64,000 nt of DNA from positions 96,001 through 160,000 of the IMG/VR virus record IMGVR_UViG_3300034161_000018. One strand, written 5' to 3'. The notes beneath the pieces were generated by a model that was given only the letters and a program-made list of their open reading frames with translations, searched no databases and was not told the DNA's origin. Source of the DNA: a virus. Its lineage: Duplodnaviria; Caudoviricetes. Positions 9,410-19,043 of the stretch are shown piece by piece. A program made the position numbers and the translations under genes. The number at the start of each line of letters is the position of its first letter. The first letter of the stretch is position 1.

Positions 9410-11043
9410 TTTCGTTTTTTCCTTAGTGACCCAAACAAACCGCCCGGTGCAGCCGGAACTGTTCTAACGGTTGGGCCTTCTAAAATAGGGTCTTCTTCTG
9501 GCGAACCCTTCGATTTCACATTTGCTAATGCGATTGCGGCGCGCTTGAGTGCTTCCGTTGTCGGAATGTGTTTGTACTCAATCGTTTGTTTCCACGTATT
9601 GCCGAAACACGACAGTGACGCTGGAACGCCTTCGTCAACAAAAAAGCGAATGATTGGTTCACGCTTTGAGGGATCGGGTGTCAGAATCCGCGACGATTCC
9701 TGTTTCCAGTTCGGCGGATTGTTCATTGGCATGACGTAATACAAACACGACCACGGCGCAATGTTGATACCACGTTGAAGCAAACTGCGAATACCGACAA
9801 CCACGCGGATTTTTCTGTTGGAAGCCTGTTCCTTAACCCAGTCGCGATAGTCTTTGTTTTTCTTGCTGCCGCCACCTTCAAACGGGGCCGCAACTTCATA
9901 ACCGATTGCATGGTTGATTTGCTTGACCAGCATGTGAATGTGTTCTTTGAAGTGAACCGGGATCACAATGCTGTGCCCTTTCTCCAAATCTTTTTCAACC
10001 CATTCGACAATCATCTGGTTTCGCTTTTCGTGTTCCGCCAGAAACTTTCCGAGGTACACGAAACCGGCCTTGCCACTAAACTTGCGTTTCGATTTGATTC
10101 CGGTAAGTTGCACCATCATCTTGGCCGTGAGCTGCAATGCCTGAATGTCAGACTGCACCGGCCCAACCGAATGGAAAGCCAGAACTTCTTTTTTGTCTTT
10201 GCGTTTGATCGTGCCAGTACAGCCGATCTTTACAAACATGCGCAGTGAGTTAATCAACCGCGTGAATTCTGGAGCGCACGAGGAATGCACTTCGTCCACA
10301 AACAATGCGCCGAAGGTCTTGTTGCAAGCCTTCTTCATTTTCGCGCCGAGCGAATCGTTAATCAGCGATTGGTAAGTGATGATGCCAATCTGAATGTGCT
10401 TGAGGTCTTCCGGCGTCTTAACGAAACCGTACAGCTTTTTCTTCGGATTCTTTTTCTGCAACTCAGGCAGGTTGGTAAACTTTTCAATGTCACCAATGAA
10501 CTGCTTGAGGAAGTCATACTGGTCAGCGGTAATCAGCATTTTGTAGCCGAGCATGATGCCGATTTTAATCAGCGTCAGCGACTTACCGGAACGCGGCGGC
10601 AGAACGAAAATGCCGTGTTTCTTTTTGACCATCTTGGTGAAGGTCGCGACCTGAATGTCTTTCCACTCAATGCCGTGCTTCTTCAACTTTTTTTCGTCCA
10701 CGACAATATCGTAGTCGAATTTGTTTTTGTTGCGCTTGTCGATAAAGTCGAAGTCGTCGAAATCAATCTTCAACTTCTTCTCAATGTTGGCGCGGTCGCC
10801 CAACGGAATGCCGAAGTATTCCGTGTCGTTAAAGATGCGCCGGTTCGCCAGCTTGAACGTTCCGTTGAAAGCGTCACAGCCTTGGCACGCATCATTCGGG
10901 CGATCTTCGCGGTGGTCGCAATTCCGGCACACCTGATCTACAAAAAATGATTTGATATAGTGTTTGCGAACACGATCTTCATCAATGTGAACTGCCGGAA
11001 TGTACAGCTTGTCAGTGGCGATTATCGTGGTATCGCTGTGCAT
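9406..11043 (-). CDS. SF2 DNA helicase, UvsW-like, 545 aa
   Basis: LPPRSGKS (I), LFVDEVH (II), CTGT (III), QRGIN (V), QESSRI (VI); N-terminal CxxC...CxxC. Confidence 0.88.
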   Translation of the reverse strand: MHSDTTIIATDKLYIPAVHIDEDRVRKHYIKSFFVDQVCRNCDHREDRPNDACQGCDAFNGTFKLANRRIFNDTEYFGIPLGDRANIEKKLKIDFDDFDFIDKRNKNKFDYDIVVDEKKLKKHGIEWKDIQVATFTKMVKKKHGIFVLPPRSGKSLTLIKIGIMLGYKMLITADQYDFLKQFIGDIEKFTNLPELQKKNPKKKLYGFVKTPEDLKHIQIGIITYQSLINDSLGAKMKKACNKTFGALFVDEVHSSCAPEFTRLINSLRMFVKIGCTGTIKRKDKKEVLAFHSVGPVQSDIQALQLTAKMMVQLTGIKSKRKFSGKAGFVYLGKFLAEHEKRNQMIVEWVEKDLEKGHSIVIPVHFKEHIHMLVKQINHAIGYEVAAPFEGGGSKKNKDYRDWVKEQASNRKIRVVVGIRSLLQRGINIAPWSCLYYVMPMNNPPNWKQESSRILTPDPSKREPIIRFFVDEGVPASLSCFGNTWKQTIEYKHIPTTEALKRAAIALANVKSKGSPEEDPILEGPTVRTVPAAPGGLFGSLRKKRK

Positions 11044-11046
11044 AGG

Positions 11047-11520
11047 TCACTCTGGTTTTGGGAATGGCCGAGGTTCTGGAATCGAATAGCCGCACCACGT
11101 AATTTCTGGCTCTGGCATTCTAGCCAGTTCGGAACTACGGATAAGAAGGCGAGTCCCTGATGTTTGTTTACAGTTTTCGTCCACAAACTTCATCCAGCTT
11201 TTGGCTAGTGTATGGGCGATTTCCGGCGTGGAATGCGGGCCGACGAATTCCCAAACGTCTTGGCACATAAGCGGAAAGGCTGGTTCCCATTGTTCGCGGG
11301 TTTCTTCCCGAATAGGAAACAGGCGCACGATCAGGCCATGTTGAAGCGCATGATAGATTGTCCAATAATTCTCTTTGTCCGTTTCGGCAGTAATGCCTTT
11401 TACGTTTTCGTAAAAGTAGTCCATCGACGGAATCAGCAACAGGGTGCCGTAATGTTCTTCCGCAACTTCGCACTTTGCGATCACGCCGTATTGCGGAATC
11501 GGCGGCGTGTAATCAGGCAT
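11047..11520 (-). CDS. Hypothetical protein, 157 aa
   Basis: Operon-coupled ORF. Confidence 0.75.
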   Translation of the reverse strand: MPDYTPPIPQYGVIAKCEVAEEHYGTLLLIPSMDYFYENVKGITAETDKENYWTIYHALQHGLIVRLFPIREETREQWEPAFPLMCQDVWEFVGPHSTPEIAHTLAKSWMKFVDENCKQTSGTRLLIRSSELARMPEPEITWCGYSIPEPRPFPKPE

Positions 11521-11863
11521 TGAAGTCCACCCCGATTTCTTCGGCGTAGCTCACGATTTCCGCGCTGATATTCGCGTCCATGTTGATAAGCTTCTGCACG
11601 CGAATTTCTTCGTCAAGCCAAAGAACTTGTTTACGAATTTCTTTCAACAGTTGGAACACGCGAAGCTTGCTGGCCGTTGGTTCGAGGATTTGCAAAACCG
11701 GTTCGCCGGGATCACGAATACCATCGCGATAGTCGAGAAGACGCAGGCGGCGCAGTTCGGTTTCTTTGTCGAACTGAATCTGGTAGGCGCGGCGCGCAAT
11801 TTCGTGCGCCTGTTCTTCGGTCATTGTGATTTGGCGAGTCTTTTCGTCGATTGGAAAGTTCAT
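11513..11863 (-). CDS. Hypothetical protein, 116 aa
   Basis: Operon-coupled ORF. Confidence 0.75.
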   Translation of the reverse strand: MNFPIDEKTRQITMTEEQAHEIARRAYQIQFDKETELRRLRLLDYRDGIRDPGEPVLQILEPTASKLRVFQLLKEIRKQVLWLDEEIRVQKLINMDANISAEIVSYAEEIGVDFNA

Positions 11864-12153
11864 TGAATGCCCACTCCGTTGCGATTTGCGATTTTGCGAA
11901 TGTTGGCCGAAGCGACTTCTTTAGCCACTTCAACATTTTTGAGTTGGAAGATTTTCTCCCGGTACTCCGCAATCTGAGTTTCACGTTCGCGAATGTGTTT
12001 CTCGACTCCAATCAGACTGGTATGTCTCATTTTCCCAAACATACCATGCCGGTCGCCAGATAACTCACCATACTCGCAGATAACTTCCGAAAGTAAATGG
12101 TCGAACCTGTCAGCGATTTCAATGGCTTGCGCAAGCGTAAGGACGTGACTCAC
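11860..12153 (-). CDS. Hypothetical protein, 97 aa
   Basis: ATGA overlaps on both sides. Confidence 0.75.
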   Translation of the reverse strand: MSHVLTLAQAIEIADRFDHLLSEVICEYGELSGDRHGMFGKMRHTSLIGVEKHIRERETQIAEYREKIFQLKNVEVAKEVASANIRKIANRNGVGIQ

Positions 12154-12683
12154 AGGATTCGCTCCGGACGGGAAAGCATTTGCAACGTGTTTACCAGATT
12201 GGTAAAACCATAACCGGCTTTGTCCACGTCTTCCATGATTACTTTGGCGTGCTGCCGCAGTTGCTCGACGTTGTTTAGGTATTCGTAAAACGGACGCAGA
12301 ACAGATTCCACAACCATTTTCCGTTCGCCTACGGTGCCGACTGCTTTCAGCAATTCGGCGTATTCCGTCACCAGATAATCCCGCAGGTTATCCAGCGTCT
12401 GAGTCATTGAACCGGAAATCTCAATACAGATCGAAACGATTTCAGCGCAACGCGAACGGGCCTGTTGGTCTTGCAGCAACGCGTCAACCACGTCGTTTAC
12501 AAAACCTTTCGATTTGCGTTTGAGGGAACGCACAGAACGGGTCTTATGCAGACGCGCCATTTCTTTGTGCAGTCCCTCGAAGTTGATTACGTTGTTCGGG
12601 TTGTTCTTCTGCGCCACTTTGAAGCGTTTGTACTTTTCGTCATCGCGGATACGGCGACGAATCATTTTGATTTTTTGACTCAT
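12150..12683 (-). CDS. Helical protein, possibly UvsY-like recombination mediator, 177 aa
   Basis: All-helical, SD GGGAGG. C-terminal IMEDVDKAGYGFTNL loosely resembles the T4 UvsY C-terminus. Confidence 0.4.
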   Translation of the reverse strand: MSQKIKMIRRRIRDDEKYKRFKVAQKNNPNNVINFEGLHKEMARLHKTRSVRSLKRKSKGFVNDVVDALLQDQQARSRCAEIVSICIEISGSMTQTLDNLRDYLVTEYAELLKAVGTVGERKMVVESVLRPFYEYLNNVEQLRQHAKVIMEDVDKAGYGFTNLVNTLQMLSRPERIL

Positions 12684-12725
12684 TGAACCCTCCCGGCCTG
12701 TCTTGGTAAATTCTCGTTATCAGAT

Positions 12726-13262
12726 TTACGCGGGCACGTAATCGAGTTCGATTTCTGCCAAGCCTTGCCATGTGCCGTTTGCGAGGTAGTCAGTTGGGAA
12801 GCTGGAGCGCATTGCGAGAATGCGAATATGTTGATTGAATTCCACAACACCCGGAATCACCAGCGGGCCAAGGCTCGGAAGGCTCGGCATCATTGGCGAA
12901 TAGATGCGGTCGGAAATGATCGGTGCAGCCTTGTGGAATTCGTTGAAGTTCAAACGCAGTTTCATGGTGCGTTTGTCAAACTTCTCGCCGGGCGATACTG
13001 TCATGAAACTGAATTGCACTTGCGACAGATTGCCAACGTCTTTGTATTGCGGGTAATCCAGCGGGTCAATGTCCGGCGACACGTCGATTGCCACCGAAGT
13101 GATTGCGATAACGCGCTCGAAATGAACATTGCAAGAATCGAAAGCAATGTGCGAACCGCCGCTACCTTTCGCAAGGCTGTACATGATTTCTTTGAGTTTT
13201 TCCAACTCGACCAGCGCTTCGGAGTCGGGGAGGATTTTGGAAAACGTTGCGATGCCGGTCAT
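12726..13262 (-). CDS. Hypothetical protein (likely start MTGIATFSK at 13262)
   Basis: ATGA overlap with the upstream ORF fixes the start. Confidence 0.7.
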   Translation of the reverse strand: MTGIATFSKILPDSEALVELEKLKEIMYSLAKGSGGSHIAFDSCNVHFERVIAITSVAIDVSPDIDPLDYPQYKDVGNLSQVQFSFMTVSPGEKFDKRTMKLRLNFNEFHKAAPIISDRIYSPMMPSLPSLGPLVIPGVVEFNQHIRILAMRSSFPTDYLANGTWQGLAEIELDYVPA

Positions 13263-13549
13263 TGTTGTGCCTGTGCTAATGAGATTCGTACTTTGTTTTG
13301 GTATGCAATGCGTCCGCGAAACCGCTGCCACCAACCGCACGGAAGTTCTTCGATCCACATACGGACGCTAAAGATTTGCTGTACGTGAGGTTCGTCGAGA
13401 TAGCCCGGAACGTACAATTGCACGCCGTCGGTAATCAAAAGATTGTGACGCAGTTCCTCCTGCATACGGCGGAGAATGCAATACACGTTTAAGGCTTCGT
13501 CCGCATTCACGTCGAAACAAACGTCTTTTAAAACGCCGGTGCCTTTCAT
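13259..13549 (-). CDS. Hypothetical protein (likely start MKGTG at 13549)
   Basis: SD GGAG and ATGA overlap. Confidence 0.65.
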   Translation of the reverse strand: MKGTGVLKDVCFDVNADEALNVYCILRRMQEELRHNLLITDGVQLYVPGYLDEPHVQQIFSVRMWIEELPCGWWQRFRGRIAYQNKVRISLAQAQQ

Positions 13550-13980
13550 GCTGGCTCCATGATTAGGTAATCCGAGGGCGAGTGGTTCATCATTGCCAGA
13601 AGGCACCCACTGCTGGATTTGAAAAGTTGCAGTTTCTGTTTGCCGCTGCTGATTGGCACCAGTTGAAAATCGTGGTGCTCTTTCACGTTGCAACGAACGA
13701 TCAGTTTGTGTTGGGACAGTTGCATCTTTTCCGCATCATTGATTACGAAAAGGTGGCCGTACACAGTGCCGCGAGTGTTGATGAAGTTGTAGAGTTTGCA
13801 AAACCGATTCAGGGCCAACGGATTCCGGTAGTCGATCAGAAGTTCTGAATCGACCACGGGCCGAAAGAAAACCACGACATGCTGACCGTCGTGGGATTCT
13901 CCGTATAGCTCGAATTCGTCAACGCGGGCGCGGATCGTGATTGGATCGGCCAGCGAGAAAATCGGACTAATCTTCTTCAT
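13546..13980 (-). CDS. Hypothetical protein, about 144 aa
   Basis: Operon-coupled ORF. Confidence 0.65.
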   Translation of the reverse strand: MKKISPIFSLADPITIRARVDEFELYGESHDGQHVVVFFRPVVDSELLIDYRNPLALNRFCKLYNFINTRGTVYGHLFVINDAEKMQLSQHKLIVRCNVKEHHDFQLVPISSGKQKLQLFKSSSGCLLAMMNHSPSDYLIMEPA

Positions 13981-15118
13981 TCTTGTCTTCGGATTCAAAA
14001 CTGGCGATTAGAGTCAGCGTCGCCTTGTCCGCTTCGGTTTGAAACGCGAAGCTGGAAGACGCGCCCCGTACATGGTACAGCGCGAGCGGTACAGTCTTTT
14101 TGTCTTTCACTTTCCGGAACAAGTCCATGAAAATGCGCGGGTCAACGTGCAAGTCGATTTGGTCGCCCTGCACCGCAGTTTTGAAAGAGTCAGAAACCGA
14201 ACCGCGTGGCGTACTCACTTCAATCAAAACGTTTTTCTTGCCGACACGCATTGTCATCTTCGTGTCTTTCTCGACCAGCGCAAACATATTCTCAACCGAG
14301 CCGACGGCGTTGGTGTCAAACACAAAACTGGAGGCCGGATTGGTCAACAGCTTTTTGTAGGTCGAAGTCACTTCGTACATATTGTCTTCGGCTTGCGTTT
14401 CCGGAATCGAAAGCAGGAAGTCCGGGCCGTCAACACGCAGGCGACCATTCGCACATTCAAACTTCGCCTTACCGCCAGCAACGAATTTGTCGATCAGGTC
14501 GAAAGCTTTGGTTGGCAGAGCCATCCGCATCTTGAAGTCCGATTTCGTTTTGTACTGGTATTCGGCGAGGTGGTAGTTGTCGAAACACGCGACCACGATG
14601 CGCTTTTCCCGAATGTCGATCAGCGCGACCAGTTCTTCATCCGAAAAGAAGTTTTGCAGACTGACCTGTTTCACGCCCGCTTTCATGATTGCGGTTTGTT
14701 CGGCGCTCAGCGATTTGGATTTGGTCGGAGTCAGGTATTGCTGCAACATCGCAATATCTTTGTCGTCGAAGTCCAGCGGTTCAACGTTCGCTTTGTAGCG
14801 ACCTTTCTTTTCTTCGATTTTCAGTTTGCCCTGCACGTCCAGATGCAAGTCACCTCGACCTTTCACAACACCGCAAAGCAGGTCGGCGTCGATTGCGATT
14901 GTGCCTTCGTTAATGGGTTCCGCATCTTTGATTTTGATGCAGGCCATTGCGTCGGTTGATGTTCCGATTGCGTATACACCGCCATTCATGCAAGCGATTA
15001 CAAACTTTCCGTCATCCGCTTTCACGTAGGACACTACGGCTTTTACGCGACCGAATGCGGCCACGATTTCTTTACCGATTCCGTTAAAGGCCAGACCGGT
15101 ATTGGAAACGAGTTTCAA
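13967..15118 (-). CDS. DNA polymerase III beta-like sliding clamp, 383 aa
   Basis: The length and a threefold alpha/beta pattern fit DnaN. C-terminal STPRGSVSDSF..AVQGDQIDLHVDPRIFMDLFRKV matches the DnaN end pattern. Lies in the operon with the DNA polymerase. Confidence 0.7.
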   Translation of the reverse strand: MKLVSNTGLAFNGIGKEIVAAFGRVKAVVSYVKADDGKFVIACMNGGVYAIGTSTDAMACIKIKDAEPINEGTIAIDADLLCGVVKGRGDLHLDVQGKLKIEEKKGRYKANVEPLDFDDKDIAMLQQYLTPTKSKSLSAEQTAIMKAGVKQVSLQNFFSDEELVALIDIREKRIVVACFDNYHLAEYQYKTKSDFKMRMALPTKAFDLIDKFVAGGKAKFECANGRLRVDGPDFLLSIPETQAEDNMYEVTSTYKKLLTNPASSFVFDTNAVGSVENMFALVEKDTKMTMRVGKKNVLIEVSTPRGSVSDSFKTAVQGDQIDLHVDPRIFMDLFRKVKDKKTVPLALYHVRGASSSFAFQTEADKATLTLIASFESEDKNEED

Positions 15119-15444
15119 TGTAGAACTCCTTGGCTATGGGAGAACGGCGCGTTTGGATTCTCGAAAAACACGTCGAAGTAAAAGATGGCTTTACCGTTTT
15201 CCAAGCGCCAGTACATGACAATGGGAAACTCGAATTTGTTTTGCAGGCTGGCTTCCATTACCCGGCACACGTTTTCCAGTCCGTCTTCACGCTCAAACTG
15301 GTTTTCGTTAAACAGGTGGGAGTTGCGGAGAGAAACGGCAGCGAACTTAATCGCCGCCTGAAAGTCTTCCTCTGCTAGATAGCGCCGCGTGCTTTCCCCG
15401 AGTTTGATTTGAATATTCGTCGGTAGATCATCGGCTGCAATCAT
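15115..15444 (-). CDS. Hypothetical protein, 109 aa
   Basis: Operon-coupled ORF. Confidence 0.7.
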   Translation of the reverse strand: MIAADDLPTNIQIKLGESTRRYLAEEDFQAAIKFAAVSLRNSHLFNENQFEREDGLENVCRVMEASLQNKFEFPIVMYWRLENGKAIFYFDVFFENPNAPFSHSQGVLH

Positions 15445-15446
15445 GG

Positions 15447-15905
15447 CTACGCTTCCGGTGGCGCTTTCACAAACGCAAAGGTCAGGTAATGAGATTCAGC
15501 ACACCGTTCGTTTTGCAAATTCAACACCATGACATGGTGGTTGGACTCGACAACGGTTGGGGAGTTTATACGTTCATCGCCAATCAACTGGAAACGCAAA
15601 GCGAGCCTTGCCGAATCCGGCAAGCGTTCTTCGCGCAAGCGGGTCAGGATTTGCGTCATGTAGACTTCGGCCTGCTTGCGGGTAAACGCGTCGTTTGGTT
15701 CATGTTCCGACTGTTCGTAAAACGTCTGCATTTCTTTGTCTGCATCTAACAGCAGGTCAAAGATCGCAACGCATTCCCCGGCGAAGGCCCGCCCCAGTAT
15801 GTACCGGGGCATTGCAAAGTTTTCGTGATTGCGTGTTTCGTTTGTGATCGGTCGGAAGTAATCCAGAACCGAGTTACCGCCGAAATCAGCATAGGTGCCG
15901 AACAT
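15447..15905 (-). CDS. Hypothetical protein, 152 aa
   Basis: Starts 1 nt after the polymerase stop. Confidence 0.75.
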   Translation of the reverse strand: MFGTYADFGGNSVLDYFRPITNETRNHENFAMPRYILGRAFAGECVAIFDLLLDADKEMQTFYEQSEHEPNDAFTRKQAEVYMTQILTRLREERLPDSARLALRFQLIGDERINSPTVVESNHHVMVLNLQNERCAESHYLTFAFVKAPPEA

Positions 15906-15906
15906 A

Positions 15907-18900
15907 TCAAGCTGCCTTTTTCAGAGAAGACTTTTTCTTCGCCTTCTTGTCCTTCGACTTTTTGTCTTTGGCCTTTTGGAAACTGAAAACGTTGTCGTTC
16001 CCTTTCTTTTCCAAGAAGCGTTTCTGTTTGTGTGCCCACTCTGGCGCGTGGTCTTCAAAGCCCGAATGAATCAGCTTGAGGATTTTCGCTTTGTCGATCT
16101 TGTGGCCGAGGTCGTCGATCTGCCCCTGCAACGTCGCTTCCAGAAGTGTGTCCAATGCCGCTTTATCTTTTTGCGGGAACGTGCCGGTCAAAGCGTAGTT
16201 CCAGCCTTCGCAATCTTTCAGCGTGTGACCAATATCGAAGTCGATTTCCAACGGAATGATTAGGTCGAAGTCGTGGCGCGCTTTCACCACTTTCGCAACT
16301 TCGTGCGTCAAACCATTTTCGATAATCTTGATCGCCAGCCAGAAGTCTTCGTAAGCACAACTGAATTCAAGGGAGTCATGCACCGAGTTTGCCTGATAGA
16401 AATCAGGGTAGTGTCCGGTTGCGTCGTAGTGTTCGTATTTCAATCGTTCGATGTTTCGCGCACCGATCATCATGAAGTCAGAACCCATGCCCTGTACTGG
16501 AGAGTTTACAGATTGTCGTTCGTTCCGCGCAAAGATTGGATCGTGGTTTTCGTGCGACTTCGGAACCAACAAGCCCCAAAGGTTACGGCGTCGGCCCAAT
16601 GGCGATTCAACAAAAAGATTTGCCCGCGCTTTCTGTTTGATAAGGTCGAACCAACCGGCGCCGACAGGGAACCGTTTGAAGAACTTCTTGGTCAATTCTT
16701 CAACCACTTCAACCGTGGCCTTGATCGACTTCGCCGTACCTTTAGCAGATTGCTGGTAAATCAAACCGAAGATTACTTGCTTAACGCTGTCTCGTTTCGG
16801 TTTATCAATCGTCGCAATATCCATACGGAAGAAGTATGCGGCGTTGATTTTGTGAACGTCACCTTTCAGTTCGATTTCGGCCCCGAGTTCCGGAGTCGGT
16901 TTACGTTTGAATGCTTCGCGCAAATCCAGACCAACACGGAAGGCGTCGGCAACCCCAACGTCGCCAGAAATAATCGACCAGCCGCGAACTTCGTGCGCCG
17001 CGTAGTCCACCTTCACAATCATGCGGCCCTTTTCCGCAACGAAAAGCCGTTTGATGTTTTTGCCCATTTGCCCGCGACTTGGAATCTGTTGCAGGCTTGG
17101 CTTTTTCGCAGACGTTCGACCAGTCACAACATCGAGATAACCGAAGCGCGGTCGAATGCGTGTGTCGTAACGCATGTCCGCATCGGTGCCCCATTGTCGA
17201 ATAAACGATTTCACATAAGCGTTGTACAGCTTATTGAGTTTCGTCAGTTCGTTATAGAGTTTTACTTCCTCAATGTCTTTGTACTTGTCTTGGAAGTCTT
17301 TGTCGATCTTCCCGGTGCCGTCCTTTTTCATGAAGATCGGTTTGAGGCCGAGCACTTCAAAGAACAGCTTCTGTTTGTGTTCCTCTTTGCGGATGTTGAA
17401 AATTTGCAGATTGACGCGACCAAACAACCCAACAGCCGGAGCGCCGGATTCCTTGATAAGCAGCGTATTGGTTTTCTGTACGCCTTTGGTTGCGTTGAGC
17501 GCTTTGATTACCCGCGCCCGTTCCGAAACAATCGGGCTGTCTTGCGACTTCAACTTAAACAGCCAGTCAATGTCGATATACGCGCCGTTATACTCAAGGT
17601 TTCCGAGAGCGTGAACAAGGTCGGAAAGCTGTTCGCCAACAACCGATTGATACTTGTCGTAACCGAAGTCTTTCGCTTTGCGGATTTGCAGTTTGCGAAT
17701 GTGATGCAGCACAATCACGTCGAGGGCCATGTACGTCAGCACTGGCCCTTCCAAATCCTGATCCACAATCGTGGCGCGCTTTTCCTTTCCGAAATCGGAT
17801 TCGTAATAGGCGCGGCAGCCATACTGCATGGTGATGTTGAGTAGGCTGTAATAGTTTTTGCCGGTAACGGATTGCAGGAATTTCATGTTTTCGTCGATGG
17901 CAAACTCACCGGCGAATACGTCCCAAATGTCGGACTTGAAATAACGCACACCCAAGTCACGCCGGGCGCAGTTCATGTCGAACGCGGCGTTGGCGTAAAT
18001 CTGAGTTTTGTTTTTGTTGGTGCGCTCGAAATACAGCCGAAGCTTTTTCTTGATGTACGCGATTTCATCCGGCATAAACGTTGAGTCTTTATGCAGGAAC
18101 GGCAGAATGTACGCGTGATCGGCGCGAGTGGAGAACTGCCATGTCAGCGTGGCGTTCATCCGCTTGTAAAGGTTTTTGGTTTCCGAGTCAATCGCCACGA
18201 CTTTTGCGCTGCAAATGTCTTTGTACATGGCGTTGAATTTCTTGATCGTGTCAACGACTTCGATCTTGTATTCCAGTTTCGGAATTTCGTAAACCAGTTT
18301 ACCGCGATTGAGTGCCGTGGTCATGTTGCGACCGGCATACCCAATCACTGCCAACGAACCGCCCTTGTTGTCGCCGGTCAACAGCGTGTGCAAACTTACG
18401 GTCGGAACGTGTTGGAATTTGTGCGTTGCTTCTTTGTGCGTAACAGTTGTTTCAATCGGCACACCATAGAAGTGCTGATACTGCACACCGTCTTTGCCTT
18501 TGTACTTTTCCAGAAACGCGCCGTTCAACGCTTTGTATGGGTCAGGCCCGAAGGTCATCACCACTTCTGGTTTGTATTGCGTGATAATGTAGTCGAGACG
18601 TTTTTTGAAATCGCGGTGCGCTTCCTCTTTGAAGCCGTCCGACATACCTTGCGTTTTCAAGGAGTGGTACGACACCGCCAGCCAATCGCGTTCGTCAATA
18701 TCCGGAGCGCCGTAAACATCAGTGGCAACTTCCAGAATGTTCGCCAGCAATTCGCCGGTCGGGCCTTTCAGAAGTTGGGCACTACGCAACGACTCGCGGG
18801 GCGTGTAGTCGAGCACAAACAAAATCTTTGGAGCTTTCTTCTTTCGGTGCTTCGCCAGTTCGACGTAACTAAAGTCCGTGAACTCATGGCTACGCAGCGA

Positions 18901-18945
18901 TTTGCTGTAGCGGAAATCAGAGAAAGGAATATGTTCGTAGTGCAT
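15907..18945 (-). CDS. Family A DNA polymerase with N-terminal UDG-like domain and 3'-5' exonuclease
   Basis: Exo I VAIDSET, Exo II ANAAFDM, Exo III YMALD. Polymerase motifs TGRTSA..PSLQQIP, DYAAHEVR (A), RDSVKQVIFGLIY (B), VHDS (C). Likely start is MHYEH at 18945. Confidence 0.95.
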   Translation of the reverse strand: MHYEHIPFSDFRYSKSLRSHEFTDFSYVELAKHRKKKAPKILFVLDYTPRESLRSAQLLKGPTGELLANILEVATDVYGAPDIDERDWLAVSYHSLKTQGMSDGFKEEAHRDFKKRLDYIITQYKPEVVMTFGPDPYKALNGAFLEKYKGKDGVQYQHFYGVPIETTVTHKEATHKFQHVPTVSLHTLLTGDNKGGSLAVIGYAGRNMTTALNRGKLVYEIPKLEYKIEVVDTIKKFNAMYKDICSAKVVAIDSETKNLYKRMNATLTWQFSTRADHAYILPFLHKDSTFMPDEIAYIKKKLRLYFERTNKNKTQIYANAAFDMNCARRDLGVRYFKSDIWDVFAGEFAIDENMKFLQSVTGKNYYSLLNITMQYGCRAYYESDFGKEKRATIVDQDLEGPVLTYMALDVIVLHHIRKLQIRKAKDFGYDKYQSVVGEQLSDLVHALGNLEYNGAYIDIDWLFKLKSQDSPIVSERARVIKALNATKGVQKTNTLLIKESGAPAVGLFGRVNLQIFNIRKEEHKQKLFFEVLGLKPIFMKKDGTGKIDKDFQDKYKDIEEVKLYNELTKLNKLYNAYVKSFIRQWGTDADMRYDTRIRPRFGYLDVVTGRTSAKKPSLQQIPSRGQMGKNIKRLFVAEKGRMIVKVDYAAHEVRGWSIISGDVGVADAFRVGLDLREAFKRKPTPELGAEIELKGDVHKINAAYFFRMDIATIDKPKRDSVKQVIFGLIYQQSAKGTAKSIKATVEVVEELTKKFFKRFPVGAGWFDLIKQKARANLFVESPLGRRRNLWGLLVPKSHENHDPIFARNERQSVNSPVQGMGSDFMMIGARNIERLKYEHYDATGHYPDFYQANSVHDSLEFSCAYEDFWLAIKIIENGLTHEVAKVVKARHDFDLIIPLEIDFDIGHTLKDCEGWNYALTGTFPQKDKAALDTLLEATLQGQIDDLGHKIDKAKILKLIHSGFEDHAPEWAHKQKRFLEKKGNDNVFSFQKAKDKKSKDKKAKKKSSLKKAA

Positions 18946-18977
18946 GACAATTCCATGAGGTGGAGTAACCAATGGAG

Positions 18978-18987
18978 TTTACAGTTT
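18978..18987 (-). promoter_or_regulatory. AAACTGTAAA motif upstream of the DNA polymerase (candidate phage promoter)
   Basis: One of six exact sense-oriented copies near gene starts. The 15-bp AAACTGTAAACTCCA is identical to the copy before the primase. Confidence 0.65.
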
Positions 18988-19005
18988 TCAAAAGGGCCAG
19001 AAACG

Positions 19006-19035
19006 AAAAAAGGGGAACCGCAATGGCTCCCCTTT
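19006..19035 (-). terminator. Rho-independent terminator
   Basis: AAAGGGGAGCC-ATTGC-GGTTCCCC followed by TTTTTT. Confidence 0.8.
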
Positions 19036-19043
19036 CTATTTCG

